A stretch of 61,774 bases of DNA, filler included, from Bdellovibrionota bacterium (lineage in GTDB: Bacteria; Bdellovibrionota; Bdellovibrionia; Bdellovibrionales; JAEYZS01), in the NCBI GenBank assembly GCA_963169515.1. It is 5 parts of 5 records of this genome, joined end to end, with 100 filler letters (N's around TTAATTAATTAA, not from the genome) between each part and the next. Parts side by side here need not be neighbours in the genome. Positions count along the whole stretch, not along the records: positions 27,501 to 53,971 come from CAUJEF010000137.1; 4 more parts are not named here. One strand, 5' to 3'. The stretch's first letter is position 1. Each line of letters opens with the position of its first letter. Shown here piece by piece: positions 29,644-38,100 of the stretch. The notes beneath the pieces were generated by a model. It had not been told where the DNA came from, searched no databases, and was given only the letters and a program-made list of their open reading frames with translations. Made by a program: the position numbers and the translations under genes.

Positions 29644-31098
29644 ATGAAACACCTGATTATTTTCACATTTGGTTTGGCGATTACAGTTCCTGCAATTGCC
29701 CAAGAAATTACCTTTGATTTAATGCACACAAAACAAAACTGCCAGCACACGGGTTATCAGCCGACGTTCTGTGAAATGAACGCCGACATCGACGATGCAA
29801 CGAAGCTGTCTGACATGGTACCAAAAATCAATGCTCAAATTGACCGCGCAATCAATGCACCAGATCCTACTCTGGCACACATTTTTATCGCTTACTTAAG
29901 TTTTTCAAACAGATTGATTCATAGCAAACTCTGCGAAGCACTCCAAAAAGGTGTTCACATTCGTATTGTGCTAGATAGCGGCTCTGCCTCGAGTATTGAT
30001 TCAATGTTAAGCAATAACGCGTGCAAAGGGGTGACCAATTTGCCGCGTTTTTCACAATTGGGCGGCTTGACCAGCAGCCCTTGGCGTCTTCACCACAATA
30101 AATTTTTATACGTAGATCCAGGAACGGGAGAAGGCGTAAATATTAATGCTTCCTCTGGCAACTTGTCGGCATTTGGAACCAGCCTGCACGAGGACCATTG
30201 GATTATGATGACAGCGCCTAAACATTCTAATCTGATAAAAACACATCTGTGCGTTATGCAAGCCCTAGATGAGACAACAAACTACGCAGATTCAATTGGC
30301 GGACACGACGGAACAAATGACAAACGGGTCGCCAATAAATACATTGCCTCTCTTACAAAATGCTACGCTCAAAATAACGTGATCCCCATGGATCAACCTG
30401 AAATGGCCATTGCAAAAGAAAAGGTGGCCATGCTTTTTTCGCCAAACGCAAATGATGAAGTTTTCACCGTATTTAACAATGAAATCCGTACAGTCGAAAA
30501 AACCGGATCAAACGGATATATTTACATCGCAATTCAACATTTTCTGGACAACGGAATTGGAAATGCGCTTGCCCGAGCCTCAAACGCCGGCGTTGACGTT
30601 CGTATCATTATGGATGACGACGTCGTAACTAACAAAGGCGAGGTCCAAGGAGCCGAGAATTTTTTAAAAAGATTAAAACAACAAGCCCCAAGAATACAAA
30701 TTCGTTATATTGAAACAAATCGAAATGCAGGCGGCAACGGTCAGATGATGCACAATAAATTTGCCATCCTGAACGGCAAGCGCGTTTTTTCAGGCGCAGG
30801 TCAATACACAGGCGCTGCACTTCGTAAAAATTGGGAGAACTTTGTCTTAACCCAAGTCCCAACACTGACAAAAAAATATGGCGAGTATTTTAAGGAACTT
30901 TGGGATGAATCAGTCGACGAAGATTACGTCCGGAGACAACTGCAGTACAACGAAGACATCACAAATACGCACCAGCAACCACCGATCACATTCACCTCTG
31001 CAGAAAAAACTTATCACAAAAGATTTTTAGATTTGCTGGGTGGCGAAAACTCAGCCGTGCATGCTCGCCCCACTTGCGTGTTCCATCATACATCGTAA
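29644..31098 (+). CDS. Secreted phospholipase D-family (Nuc-like) protein with two HKD domains
   Basis: Signal peptide, HNKFLYVD and HNKFAILN motifs, NWEN. Confidence 0.82.
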   Translation: MKHLIIFTFGLAITVPAIAQEITFDLMHTKQNCQHTGYQPTFCEMNADIDDATKLSDMVPKINAQIDRAINAPDPTLAHIFIAYLSFSNRLIHSKLCEALQKGVHIRIVLDSGSASSIDSMLSNNACKGVTNLPRFSQLGGLTSSPWRLHHNKFLYVDPGTGEGVNINASSGNLSAFGTSLHEDHWIMMTAPKHSNLIKTHLCVMQALDETTNYADSIGGHDGTNDKRVANKYIASLTKCYAQNNVIPMDQPEMAIAKEKVAMLFSPNANDEVFTVFNNEIRTVEKTGSNGYIYIAIQHFLDNGIGNALARASNAGVDVRIIMDDDVVTNKGEVQGAENFLKRLKQQAPRIQIRYIETNRNAGGNGQMMHNKFAILNGKRVFSGAGQYTGAALRKNWENFVLTQVPTLTKKYGEYFKELWDESVDEDYVRRQLQYNEDITNTHQQPPITFTSAEKTYHKRFLDLLGGENSAVHARPTCVFHHTS

Positions 31099-31099
31099 T

Positions 31100-31220
31100 A
31101 CCCTCGGCTAATTATACTCCTTGAAAAAATCTCGGACAGTCCTCAGGCAGCGCCGCTCACTACCGTGAGCATCGCACCTTGCGGAACTCGTTTTTACAAG
31201 GAGAATAATAAGCCGAGGGT
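31100..31220. mobile_element. 121-bp MITE/REPIN-like non-autonomous element
   Basis: 30-bp terminal inverted repeats (27/30) with internal GCTCAC-tacc-GTGAGC hairpin. Confidence 0.65.
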
Positions 31221-31247
31221 TTCTAGTCTTTCGGCACCAACGTGCAA

Positions 31248-31260
31248 GTGGGCCAGTTTT
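31248..31260 (-). repeat. Dispersed motif AAAACTGGCCCAC, copy 4, overlapping the transposase stop codon
   Basis: GGATAAAACTGGCCCACTTG here vs GGATAAAAACTGGCCCACTTG at 703-723. Confidence 0.8.
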
Positions 31261-31798
31261 ATCCCGACTGCGATAGTTGACGTTGAATAAGAACTTTGGC
31301 AATATCACGTTTAAAACCTTGCCCCTCAAGGCGATTTATTTTTATGTAATCTTTTAATGACAATTGCGCCCTCCGGCCAACCACCACTCGGGTAAAAGGA
31401 CGCAAATCCCAGAACTTTGTTATACCAACTTGTGCTTTCGTTTTCCATCTACTGACGCCCGTTATTTTCATCGCAATGGCTGCCGTCACCGCACGAATAA
31501 ATGGCTTGTATGTATACCTATTGGTGAGTTGAATTTCCAAGTGAATATGATTGCCAACGTTTGCTCCATGAAGAAGTTTAACACCATATTTTGCAGCAAA
31601 TTTTTTTAATATCTCCCTGGTGATTACTTTGTTTTTGGGTTCTAAAAAAGACCATTTACCCTTTGCCCTAGATGATCTCAGGACCAAATGCATCGTATGC
31701 CTGGTTACAATAGGCCTTCCCGAGACACGCCCATTTCGCTTCTTAAGGAGTTCGCCACCGTAAGCAAGTTCTTGTTTTTTAAAAAACTCTTTCTGCAT
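31259..31798 (-). CDS. HUH Y1 tyrosine transposase (IS200-like / REP-associated RAYT-like)
   Basis: MHLVLRS, GNHIHL HUH motif, FWDLRPFTRVV, catalytic YIKIN. Confidence 0.8.
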   Translation of the reverse strand: MQKEFFKKQELAYGGELLKKRNGRVSGRPIVTRHTMHLVLRSSRAKGKWSFLEPKNKVITREILKKFAAKYGVKLLHGANVGNHIHLEIQLTNRYTYKPFIRAVTAAIAMKITGVSRWKTKAQVGITKFWDLRPFTRVVVGRRAQLSLKDYIKINRLEGQGFKRDIAKVLIQRQLSQSG

Positions 31799-32116
31799 GT
31801 GAACGAAGGTATATAAACTTTGCTAAAAGAGCAAGAAAAATGTAATGAGAAAAGAAAAAAGTTATGGGACATGGTGTTTTGAATTCTGATACGGGGATTC
31901 GACGGACATTCGTGCTTTGGTTGCGAATGTTTCCAATATATCGAGTGCCCGATTGGTCACGGGACCGCATTTCTAATCTCCATCATGGAGACAAAAGACT
32001 TGCGTCTTGCAGCTAATCTTAGGGGTAAGGTTATAGGGTTATAAGATTATTTTGTGTATTGTGATTTATTGCAAAAAATGAATTTTCTAACCCCGTTTTC
32101 GATTCACCAGCTAATA

Positions 32117-32155
32117 CAAAAACGCCGACCCCAAATATCTCTTTGGGGCCAGCGA
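32117..32155 (-). terminator. Probable terminator of the porin-like gene
   Basis: Minus strand CGCTGGCCCCAAAG..TTTGGGGTCGGCG followed by TTTTT. Confidence 0.6.
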
Positions 32156-32177
32156 GGGTTAGAGAGCTTAAGTTTTT

Positions 32178-33281
32178 TTACTTCTGCTGACGAGCTTTAT
32201 TAGCTCTGCTTGATTCATTCATCTTTTCACGTTGTTTATTCACGCGATCTTGGATGTGCGGGAATAAGCTTCGTGTTTCGATGTTTTTTGCCTGCCCAAA
32301 GTGCCCATTGACAGACAGATATCCAGTTACATCATCGCCGTCTTTTTCAGCGTTCACTTCAGCGCCAACGGTGACGTATTTCCCAACTGGGCGTTGATAG
32401 CTGACGCCAATACGGTCGTCGGCCAAATCGCTGCCTTTAACTTTAGAATATTCAAGCGCAGCCTTTCCACCCATAACGGCTTTCGATACGCCCACAGTGG
32501 CTGCCGATTCTAAATCTGGATTCATAGCATTGTTTTTATAGCTTTGATATTCGCCATAAATATTGAATCCTTTTGGAAGTGCAACCCCACTTGCAAAGCT
32601 CCATCGCGTTTCACCATCTTTTTCATCCAGGTAAGACGCTTGGTAAAACAGGTTTTTCAAGCCACCCGAAATTCGCGCAGCATAGTTTTTATAATCACTT
32701 GTCTCTTTAAAATCGGACAAGTCATCAGATGCAGACGAATAGGCCGCCACCTCAACCAGTGAAAAAAGCTCATTCATAACCTGAGCAGCTCTTGAATCCC
32801 CACCTACGTGCGGAGCCCATTGAATCATAATCACTTTTTTACGTTCAAGCTCACGGTCCGTTTGGTTGAGTGGATCATTTGTCACAACGGTACGTTGAGT
32901 AATGTTTCCGCCAAATGGAAGTTCGGTCTTACCAACCAGCAAAACCATCTTTTGCCCCCCGAATTCAGGAATGGCAATACCAACCGTAAAGTCCTTCAAC
33001 ACGTCACGAGCAGATTGGACACAGTCGTCGATTTCTTTGACCGGTTTATCATTACAGGCCACGATCGCACGTACTGTAAGCCATTCAGTAAGACTTGAAT
33101 CTGCCCTAAACTCTAAATCCCGAATCATGGTAAAGGATCCAATGTCGCCAAGATCACTTAAGTCATCGACATTAATATCCAAACTACCCGTTCCAGAGAA
33201 ATCAATGGTCGGAGCCGCCTGTGTAATCACAGGCCCCATGGCCATCATATAAATGAGTGCCATCAATTTTAATGTTTTCAT
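32178..33281 (-). CDS. Porin-like outer-membrane beta-barrel protein
   Basis: Signal peptide, VGKTELPFG porin-like motif, amphipathic strands. Confidence 0.65.
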   Translation of the reverse strand: MKTLKLMALIYMMAMGPVITQAAPTIDFSGTGSLDINVDDLSDLGDIGSFTMIRDLEFRADSSLTEWLTVRAIVACNDKPVKEIDDCVQSARDVLKDFTVGIAIPEFGGQKMVLLVGKTELPFGGNITQRTVVTNDPLNQTDRELERKKVIMIQWAPHVGGDSRAAQVMNELFSLVEVAAYSSASDDLSDFKETSDYKNYAARISGGLKNLFYQASYLDEKDGETRWSFASGVALPKGFNIYGEYQSYKNNAMNPDLESAATVGVSKAVMGGKAALEYSKVKGSDLADDRIGVSYQRPVGKYVTVGAEVNAEKDGDDVTGYLSVNGHFGQAKNIETRSLFPHIQDRVNKQREKMNESSRANKARQQK

Positions 33282-33401
33282 AACTTTCCCCTTTCGTTGT
33301 AGACTTTCTAAGGACAAAAAAATGCCAATCGTTTCACATGTGAATCGAAATCAACGACTAACTTTTTTATTATCGCCCCAAAAAAATCTGAAAGCCTCTT
33401 G

Positions 33402-33417
33402 AGCAAGCCCCGTGCCG
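33402..33417 (-). promoter_or_regulatory. Sigma54 promoter candidate for the porin-like gene
   Basis: CGGCACGGGGCTTGCT, one mismatch to TGGCACG-N4-TTGCW. Confidence 0.65.
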
Positions 33418-33617
33418 CTCCGCTGCCACTTTATTAGACCTCAAGTTCAAATTTTGATTTTGACTAACCTTTTTTCCAAACAGCCCAGAAAAAAGAAGAA
33501 TTAAAATTTTTGATTAGGTTTGGGTTATAAAAAGCAGTCCTTATGTCAGAGCCTTGAAAGATTTCAATTGCCACGACATTCCTAAGCCTATTCCAATAGA
33601 TAAAAGTTCCGAAAAAC

Positions 33618-35120
33618 TTAAATCGACGGCTGCTTTCGAACAAACAAAATTCCATCTGTTTTTTTTACCACTTCCACATTGGACAGACTGTCAATAGAGG
33701 ATTGGAAACGCTCAGGCACAACAAAACAAATTGGGGCATCCAAATGTCCTTTTTCGATTTTAGCGAAAAATTGATTTTTCTCTAAAGCCTGAATCGCAGT
33801 GCTGACACTTCCTATTGGGCTCCAAAACATTTTATTTAAATTGGGATTTACAAAGCTGAAACCATACAATTCAAAGTTAAGAAATAATGCGTTTGGAATT
33901 AAGAAAGAATTTCCACGATTTATCAATTTGTCATTATCGTTATTCGGAATATACAATGCTTCTTGATTCGGAATAAACAATGTATCTTGTGACTTACAAA
34001 AGCCTTTTTGTGTTAGGTCATCTAATGTCCGCTTTAAATTTTGGGCGCGCTGGAAATAGGCGTTATTTATGACTGGGTGTCTTAAATAATGAGCAATTGT
34101 CCGCCAGTTAAATCCCCCCAAGGATGGGAAGAAAAGCAACAACATCGAAATAAAGAGAAGGCCGCGAAAGTTTTTAAGCGGAACAAAAAGAACCATAGCC
34201 CCAAGGAATACCGCTGCCGGAGCGCTAAATTTAAATGCATAGTAACTGAAATTCATATTATTTATATGCAATGCAAGAAATAAAATACAAACGAGATTAA
34301 AACTTATTACTGCAACAGCCTCGGCTGGCTTGATTTTTCTTAAATCTTTCGCAAAGAAAATATTTGCAATGGTTAAAAATATCAAAGGATAGATCGAATA
34401 GACGTCTGTGCCTGCAAGAGCAATCCGATGATAAACTGTGAGTACTAACAGCACCCATATGATCAAAAAACAAAGGCGCCAGAACCATCGAATATTTTTT
34501 CTAGACAAAATAAAAACTGGCAACAACCACAACAAAAAATCAGGATAAGAAAGGATGGCCACCAAAACCACAGCGGCAGCAAGGTGACGCCGCCCTGACT
34601 TCCACTGCCAATACGCCAGCATCCATAAGGCAATGGAAAAAATTTGCCCCAGAAAGCCACTTTCAACTCCTTGTGCAAAGTTAGGTAAAAACATTCCGAG
34701 CAGAATACCTATGGCAAGAACTTGATTTAAAAGTGGAGCCTTACTCGAATCAAAAATTTTATAAAAAATCCAAAGAATGACAATCAAACTAATGTCCATT
34801 AACAGCAGAAATGCGCCCAGTAACGGGATACCTAATTTTTCTAGCAAAATGGCAGCCGCATGATACGCAATAAGGCCATGATATACAGGCAAGTACTTTG
34901 AAACCGAATGTCGCCCTACGGTAGATTTGTTCCATCCTGGAAAAAAATTAAGATTCTTTAGATTTTCTACGATCAAAACATGGGTCGAAAGATCAACGCG
35001 AGTTGGGCTCCCTGCGCGTAGATCAAGATATCGAAAATAAAAAATTATAAATAAACATATGCACAGAAATACATAAAGGCCCAGCTTTATTCCTTTAATT
35101 CTAGTCACATCCATAATCAA
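33618..35120 (-). CDS. Polytopic membrane protein, possibly a GT-C glycosyltransferase
   Basis: Many TM helices, RVDLSTH loop after TM1, soluble C-terminal domain; AT-rich. Confidence 0.55.
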   Translation of the reverse strand: MIMDVTRIKGIKLGLYVFLCICLFIIFYFRYLDLRAGSPTRVDLSTHVLIVENLKNLNFFPGWNKSTVGRHSVSKYLPVYHGLIAYHAAAILLEKLGIPLLGAFLLLMDISLIVILWIFYKIFDSSKAPLLNQVLAIGILLGMFLPNFAQGVESGFLGQIFSIALWMLAYWQWKSGRRHLAAAVVLVAILSYPDFLLWLLPVFILSRKNIRWFWRLCFLIIWVLLVLTVYHRIALAGTDVYSIYPLIFLTIANIFFAKDLRKIKPAEAVAVISFNLVCILFLALHINNMNFSYYAFKFSAPAAVFLGAMVLFVPLKNFRGLLFISMLLLFFPSLGGFNWRTIAHYLRHPVINNAYFQRAQNLKRTLDDLTQKGFCKSQDTLFIPNQEALYIPNNDNDKLINRGNSFLIPNALFLNFELYGFSFVNPNLNKMFWSPIGSVSTAIQALEKNQFFAKIEKGHLDAPICFVVPERFQSSIDSLSNVEVVKKTDGILFVRKQPSI

Positions 35121-35265
35121 ATTTTAAACCCGGCCCATCAATAACAACAATGGGTTTAATCACCCACCTCCACATAGCCTTAAGTTATGAGTTTCATCAC
35201 TATTGTCAGGGACTTAAAAGAATTCAATTGCAAATTAACATTTATATCTATATTCAAATAGATAG

Positions 35266-35703
35266 ATGACAATTAAAACCTCAATTTTGCTTGTTATTTT
35301 TGCCCTTATTGTTGTGGTGGTTGCACAGACTGAATCAAAAACCACGACGTGTACTCCAAAAATCGCCAAAAAAGCGTTGCGTGAAACTCACCGTTTACAA
35401 AAAGCGGCCCCCGCCGTCTGGGTTAATACTCTGTACGATTCATACAAAAAATATAAAGTATGCGAAGAAGAATCCATCGAAGCAGGCTACAGTACGGCCA
35501 TAAATACATTGATGCGAAAAAACTGGAAAACGACTCCAAAGCTCGTCAAATATATGCAAAACGACACTCAATTTAATGAATTTATTTTTTCTCACGCTCT
35601 GTCAGAGCATAATTCTATCGAAGATATCGAAAGCCTTAAAAAACTCGCCACCGAAAAATGTCCAAAAGGCCAGCAGGATTTTTGCAAAAAAATTATTGAA
35701 TGA
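35266..35703 (+). CDS. Secreted helical hypothetical protein
   Basis: Signal peptide, four Cys, 145 aa. Confidence 0.65.
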   Translation: MTIKTSILLVIFALIVVVVAQTESKTTTCTPKIAKKALRETHRLQKAAPAVWVNTLYDSYKKYKVCEEESIEAGYSTAINTLMRKNWKTTPKLVKYMQNDTQFNEFIFSHALSEHNSIEDIESLKKLATEKCPKGQQDFCKKIIE

Positions 35704-35760
35704 GTTTTTTAGATTTACAAGAAAGAGCGCGCCAAAAACGCGCCCCTTTTTTTGCTAAGA

Positions 35761-36006
35761 TTACTTGGTTACAGGCGGAGCTTCCTCTGCGCCAGTAGTT
35801 GTATCTGTTTTTACTCCATCAGTGGTTGCATCTGTTGTCGCTGTCGCACCACCTTTTGTAGTTGTAGCTTTGACCGCTTTTTTTGCAACTTTCTTTGTTC
35901 TAGCCACTTTTCCGGTGTGGCCTGGTGTTTGATCTCCAGACGCAAGCACAGGTGCAGATGCCAATAGCCCCAAGGCTGCAACTACAACTATTAATTGTTT
36001 TTTCAT
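35761..36006 (-). CDS. Small secreted low-complexity (K/A/T-rich) protein
   Basis: Signal peptide MKKQLIVVVAALGLLASAPVLA; GGAG RBS. Confidence 0.65.
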   Translation of the reverse strand: MKKQLIVVVAALGLLASAPVLASGDQTPGHTGKVARTKKVAKKAVKATTTKGGATATTDATTDGVKTDTTTGAEEAPPVTK

Positions 36007-36051
36007 GATGTTCTCCATTTTTAAAAATCACGTAATTGTGATTTTTTTAAT

Positions 36052-36660
36052 TTACTTTGCTGCAATTTTATCTTTGATCGCCTCAACCTCGATCATCATT
36101 TCGACGTCGTTGCCAACGGTTAGACCCTTTGCTTTGTCTAGGGGCTTATTCCAGCTGACACCGAAATCCAACCGATTGATTTTGCCATGCGCGCTGAAGC
36201 CAACTCTTTCGTTGCCCCAAGGGTCAATCGTAGTGCCACCCCACTCAGTTACCGCCAACTTAACATCTTTGGTCACTCCTTTGATGGTAAGCTTGCCAAG
36301 TATCTCAACCGGCTTGCTTCCTTTTGTAATCACGTTGGTGGATTCAAATTTCATTTCTTTGTGCTTTTCAACGTCAAAAAAATCGGAAGTTCTTAGGTGT
36401 TTATCGCGATCGGCTTCTCGTGTATCGACAGAGGCCGGATCAATGGTGAATTTAATATTTGCGACCTTCCCATTTTTCTCGTCGAAGGAGCCCGTTCCCT
36501 CAAATTTTGTGAACTGGCCTTTCACGTTAGAAATTCCCATGTGTCTTACTTTAAAACCAATGGAAGAATGTGCTGGATCAACTTTGTAAGTTGCCCCAGC
36601 GGCAAGCGCTTCCCCAGCAGCAAAAAACAATGCCATTAAAACTGTTCGTTGAATGATCAT
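36052..36660 (-). CDS. yceI: YceI family polyisoprenoid-binding protein
   Basis: DPAHSSIGFKVRHMG, RDKHLRTSDFFD, DPWGNERVGF. Confidence 0.92.
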   Translation of the reverse strand: MIIQRTVLMALFFAAGEALAAGATYKVDPAHSSIGFKVRHMGISNVKGQFTKFEGTGSFDEKNGKVANIKFTIDPASVDTREADRDKHLRTSDFFDVEKHKEMKFESTNVITKGSKPVEILGKLTIKGVTKDVKLAVTEWGGTTIDPWGNERVGFSAHGKINRLDFGVSWNKPLDKAKGLTVGNDVEMMIEVEAIKDKIAAK

Positions 36661-36814
36661 GTCGCTCTCCTTATAGAATTAAGGCTTATTTCAATCCCAA
36701 CGACATCTCACAGGCAAGCTAATACTGGTGACGTATGTCGCCGTCAGGCCAACAGGCAGGGATAAGGGCATATTATGTAACGGACGCTTATAAAGCTGGC
36801 TGAATTAAAATGTT

Positions 36815-37288
36815 TTAATTCAATTTCCCGCCGCTTAGGATGGTTTCCAAACTCTTCTTAAGTTGGCTATTTTCCATCGAATGTTCACGAATCGTTTGAT
36901 CTGCTCGGCTTAGACGATCCACCAATGTTTTGATCATAGAAAAGGCCCAATCTGGAAGTTCTTTTAGAAGATGGTAATATCCTTCTTCAGAAATCTTTAC
37001 GAGTTCAACCGGAGTAACTGCAACGGCAGATGCTGATCTTGGTCGTTTCGTTATCATGGCGAACTCGCCCACAGCCTCTCCGGGTTCTGATATCGAAAGT
37101 ATTATTTTTTTTCCAGACGAATCATGAGTAAAAATTTCGACATTGCCGTGTTGGATAATATAAAAAAAATATGATTTTTCTCCCTCTTTAAAAAGAAAAT
37201 CTCCGGGCTTTAGTTTTATATGTTCAAGATGTTCCGCCGCCTGCATCGCTGCCTCCGAATATGCATCCAGACTGGCACCCCTATCCAT
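36815..37288 (-). CDS. Cyclic nucleotide-binding (Crp-like) domain protein
   Basis: LFKEGE, GEFAMI..PRSASA; no clear HTH. Confidence 0.85.
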   Translation of the reverse strand: MDRGASLDAYSEAAMQAAEHLEHIKLKPGDFLFKEGEKSYFFYIIQHGNVEIFTHDSSGKKIILSISEPGEAVGEFAMITKRPRSASAVAVTPVELVKISEEGYYHLLKELPDWAFSMIKTLVDRLSRADQTIREHSMENSQLKKSLETILSGGKLN

Positions 37289-37380
37289 CTGAGGTCAACT
37301 TGAGAATTAAAAATAATTCCATTGACTGAGGTGCAAAAATTCCAAGAAAATAACATAAACAAACAAGAACAGGAGATACC

Positions 37381-37725
37381 ATGAGAATTCTTGCAGCAAC
37401 AATTCTTGCGTTGGCGCTTTCGGGTTGTGCATCATCCGCAAAAAAAGATGGAAAAGCTACGACCCCACCCCCAACTGCAGCAACTGGGAAAGCCAAGTCG
37501 AGTGGGGCATCAGCCACCGTGACCGAGGGGCAGTTGACCTGCAAATCAGGAAGCGATACACGCACCCTACACGTAGTTAAAGACGAACGCGGATGCAAAA
37601 CGATTTACAACAAATACGGCGCAGACAATGAAGTCGCAAGCGGAAAGGCAAGCGGCGAATTTTGCCTGGCTACCTTGAACAAAATAAAAACAAATCTTGA
37701 AGGATCAGGGTTTTCTTGTAACTAA
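37381..37725 (+). CDS. Small lipoprotein
   Basis: Lipobox LSGC, four further Cys, C-terminal GFSCN; AGGAG RBS. Confidence 0.8.
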   Translation: MRILAATILALALSGCASSAKKDGKATTPPPTAATGKAKSSGASATVTEGQLTCKSGSDTRTLHVVKDERGCKTIYNKYGADNEVASGKASGEFCLATLNKIKTNLEGSGFSCN

Positions 37726-37740
37726 CAAATTCCTGTAACT

Positions 37741-37776
37741 AAAAAAAGGTGGGTGGCCTACCAGAACCACCCACCT
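37741..37776 (-). terminator. Intrinsic terminator
   Basis: 10-bp stem AGGTGGGTGG/CCACCCACCT with T7 on the minus strand. Confidence 0.8.
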
Positions 37777-37909
37777 AAAACTTTACGTTTTGGCAGAAGA
37801 AGTATGCGCCAGACTAGATCTGGACACTAACCCCCACTGCCCACGTCATTTTATAAAGTGTCTTACTCATGGGCATCACCTCCTTTTCCAGCGTACGAAC
37901 GCCTACGCT
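37741..37909 (-). ncRNA. Candidate sRNA or dual-function RNA with 18-aa sORF (37814-37870)
   Basis: 5' hairpin, AAAGGAGGTGAT, long imperfect hairpin, GC-rich terminator with U7; GG-N10-GC upstream. Confidence 0.55.
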
Positions 37910-38100
37910 CCTGGCAGGCACTAACAATGCCCCGAGCGCAAAAGTTAAAAATATTTAATTTTTTTAAATTTAGTTTAGGGAGACATTTGGCTTTAGAACT
38001 ATTCAGAAAACTCAACCGCATCTGAATCATACCCCTTTAATCTAACCTGTCGTCTTCGCAAACAGCAAATAAATAATTTTTCTAGACCAATAAACAAGAC

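Noticed and set aside
31880..31910. CTGATACGGGGATTCGACGG resembles the tmRNA 5' end
   Set aside because: No GGGG 5' acceptor strand, tag reading frame or T-arm/CCA 3' end follows. A few small hairpins nearby are not enough to call an RNA.
33330..33348. GTTTCACATGTGAATC resembles parS
   Set aside because: It has a 2-bp central insertion relative to GTTTCACGTGAAAC, is a single copy, and has no par or ori genes nearby.
33464..33655. Short ORF with FYNPNLIKNF similar to FVNPNLNKMF in the upstream membrane protein (possible paralogue remnant)
   Set aside because: The similarity is too short and AT-rich to support a duplication without an alignment.
36005..36589. 194-aa ORF antisense to yceI, and the many other antisense or nested ORFs in the track (e.g. 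12303-12737, 49872-50324)
   Set aside because: Shadows of well-supported genes, with no recognisable motifs or RBS.
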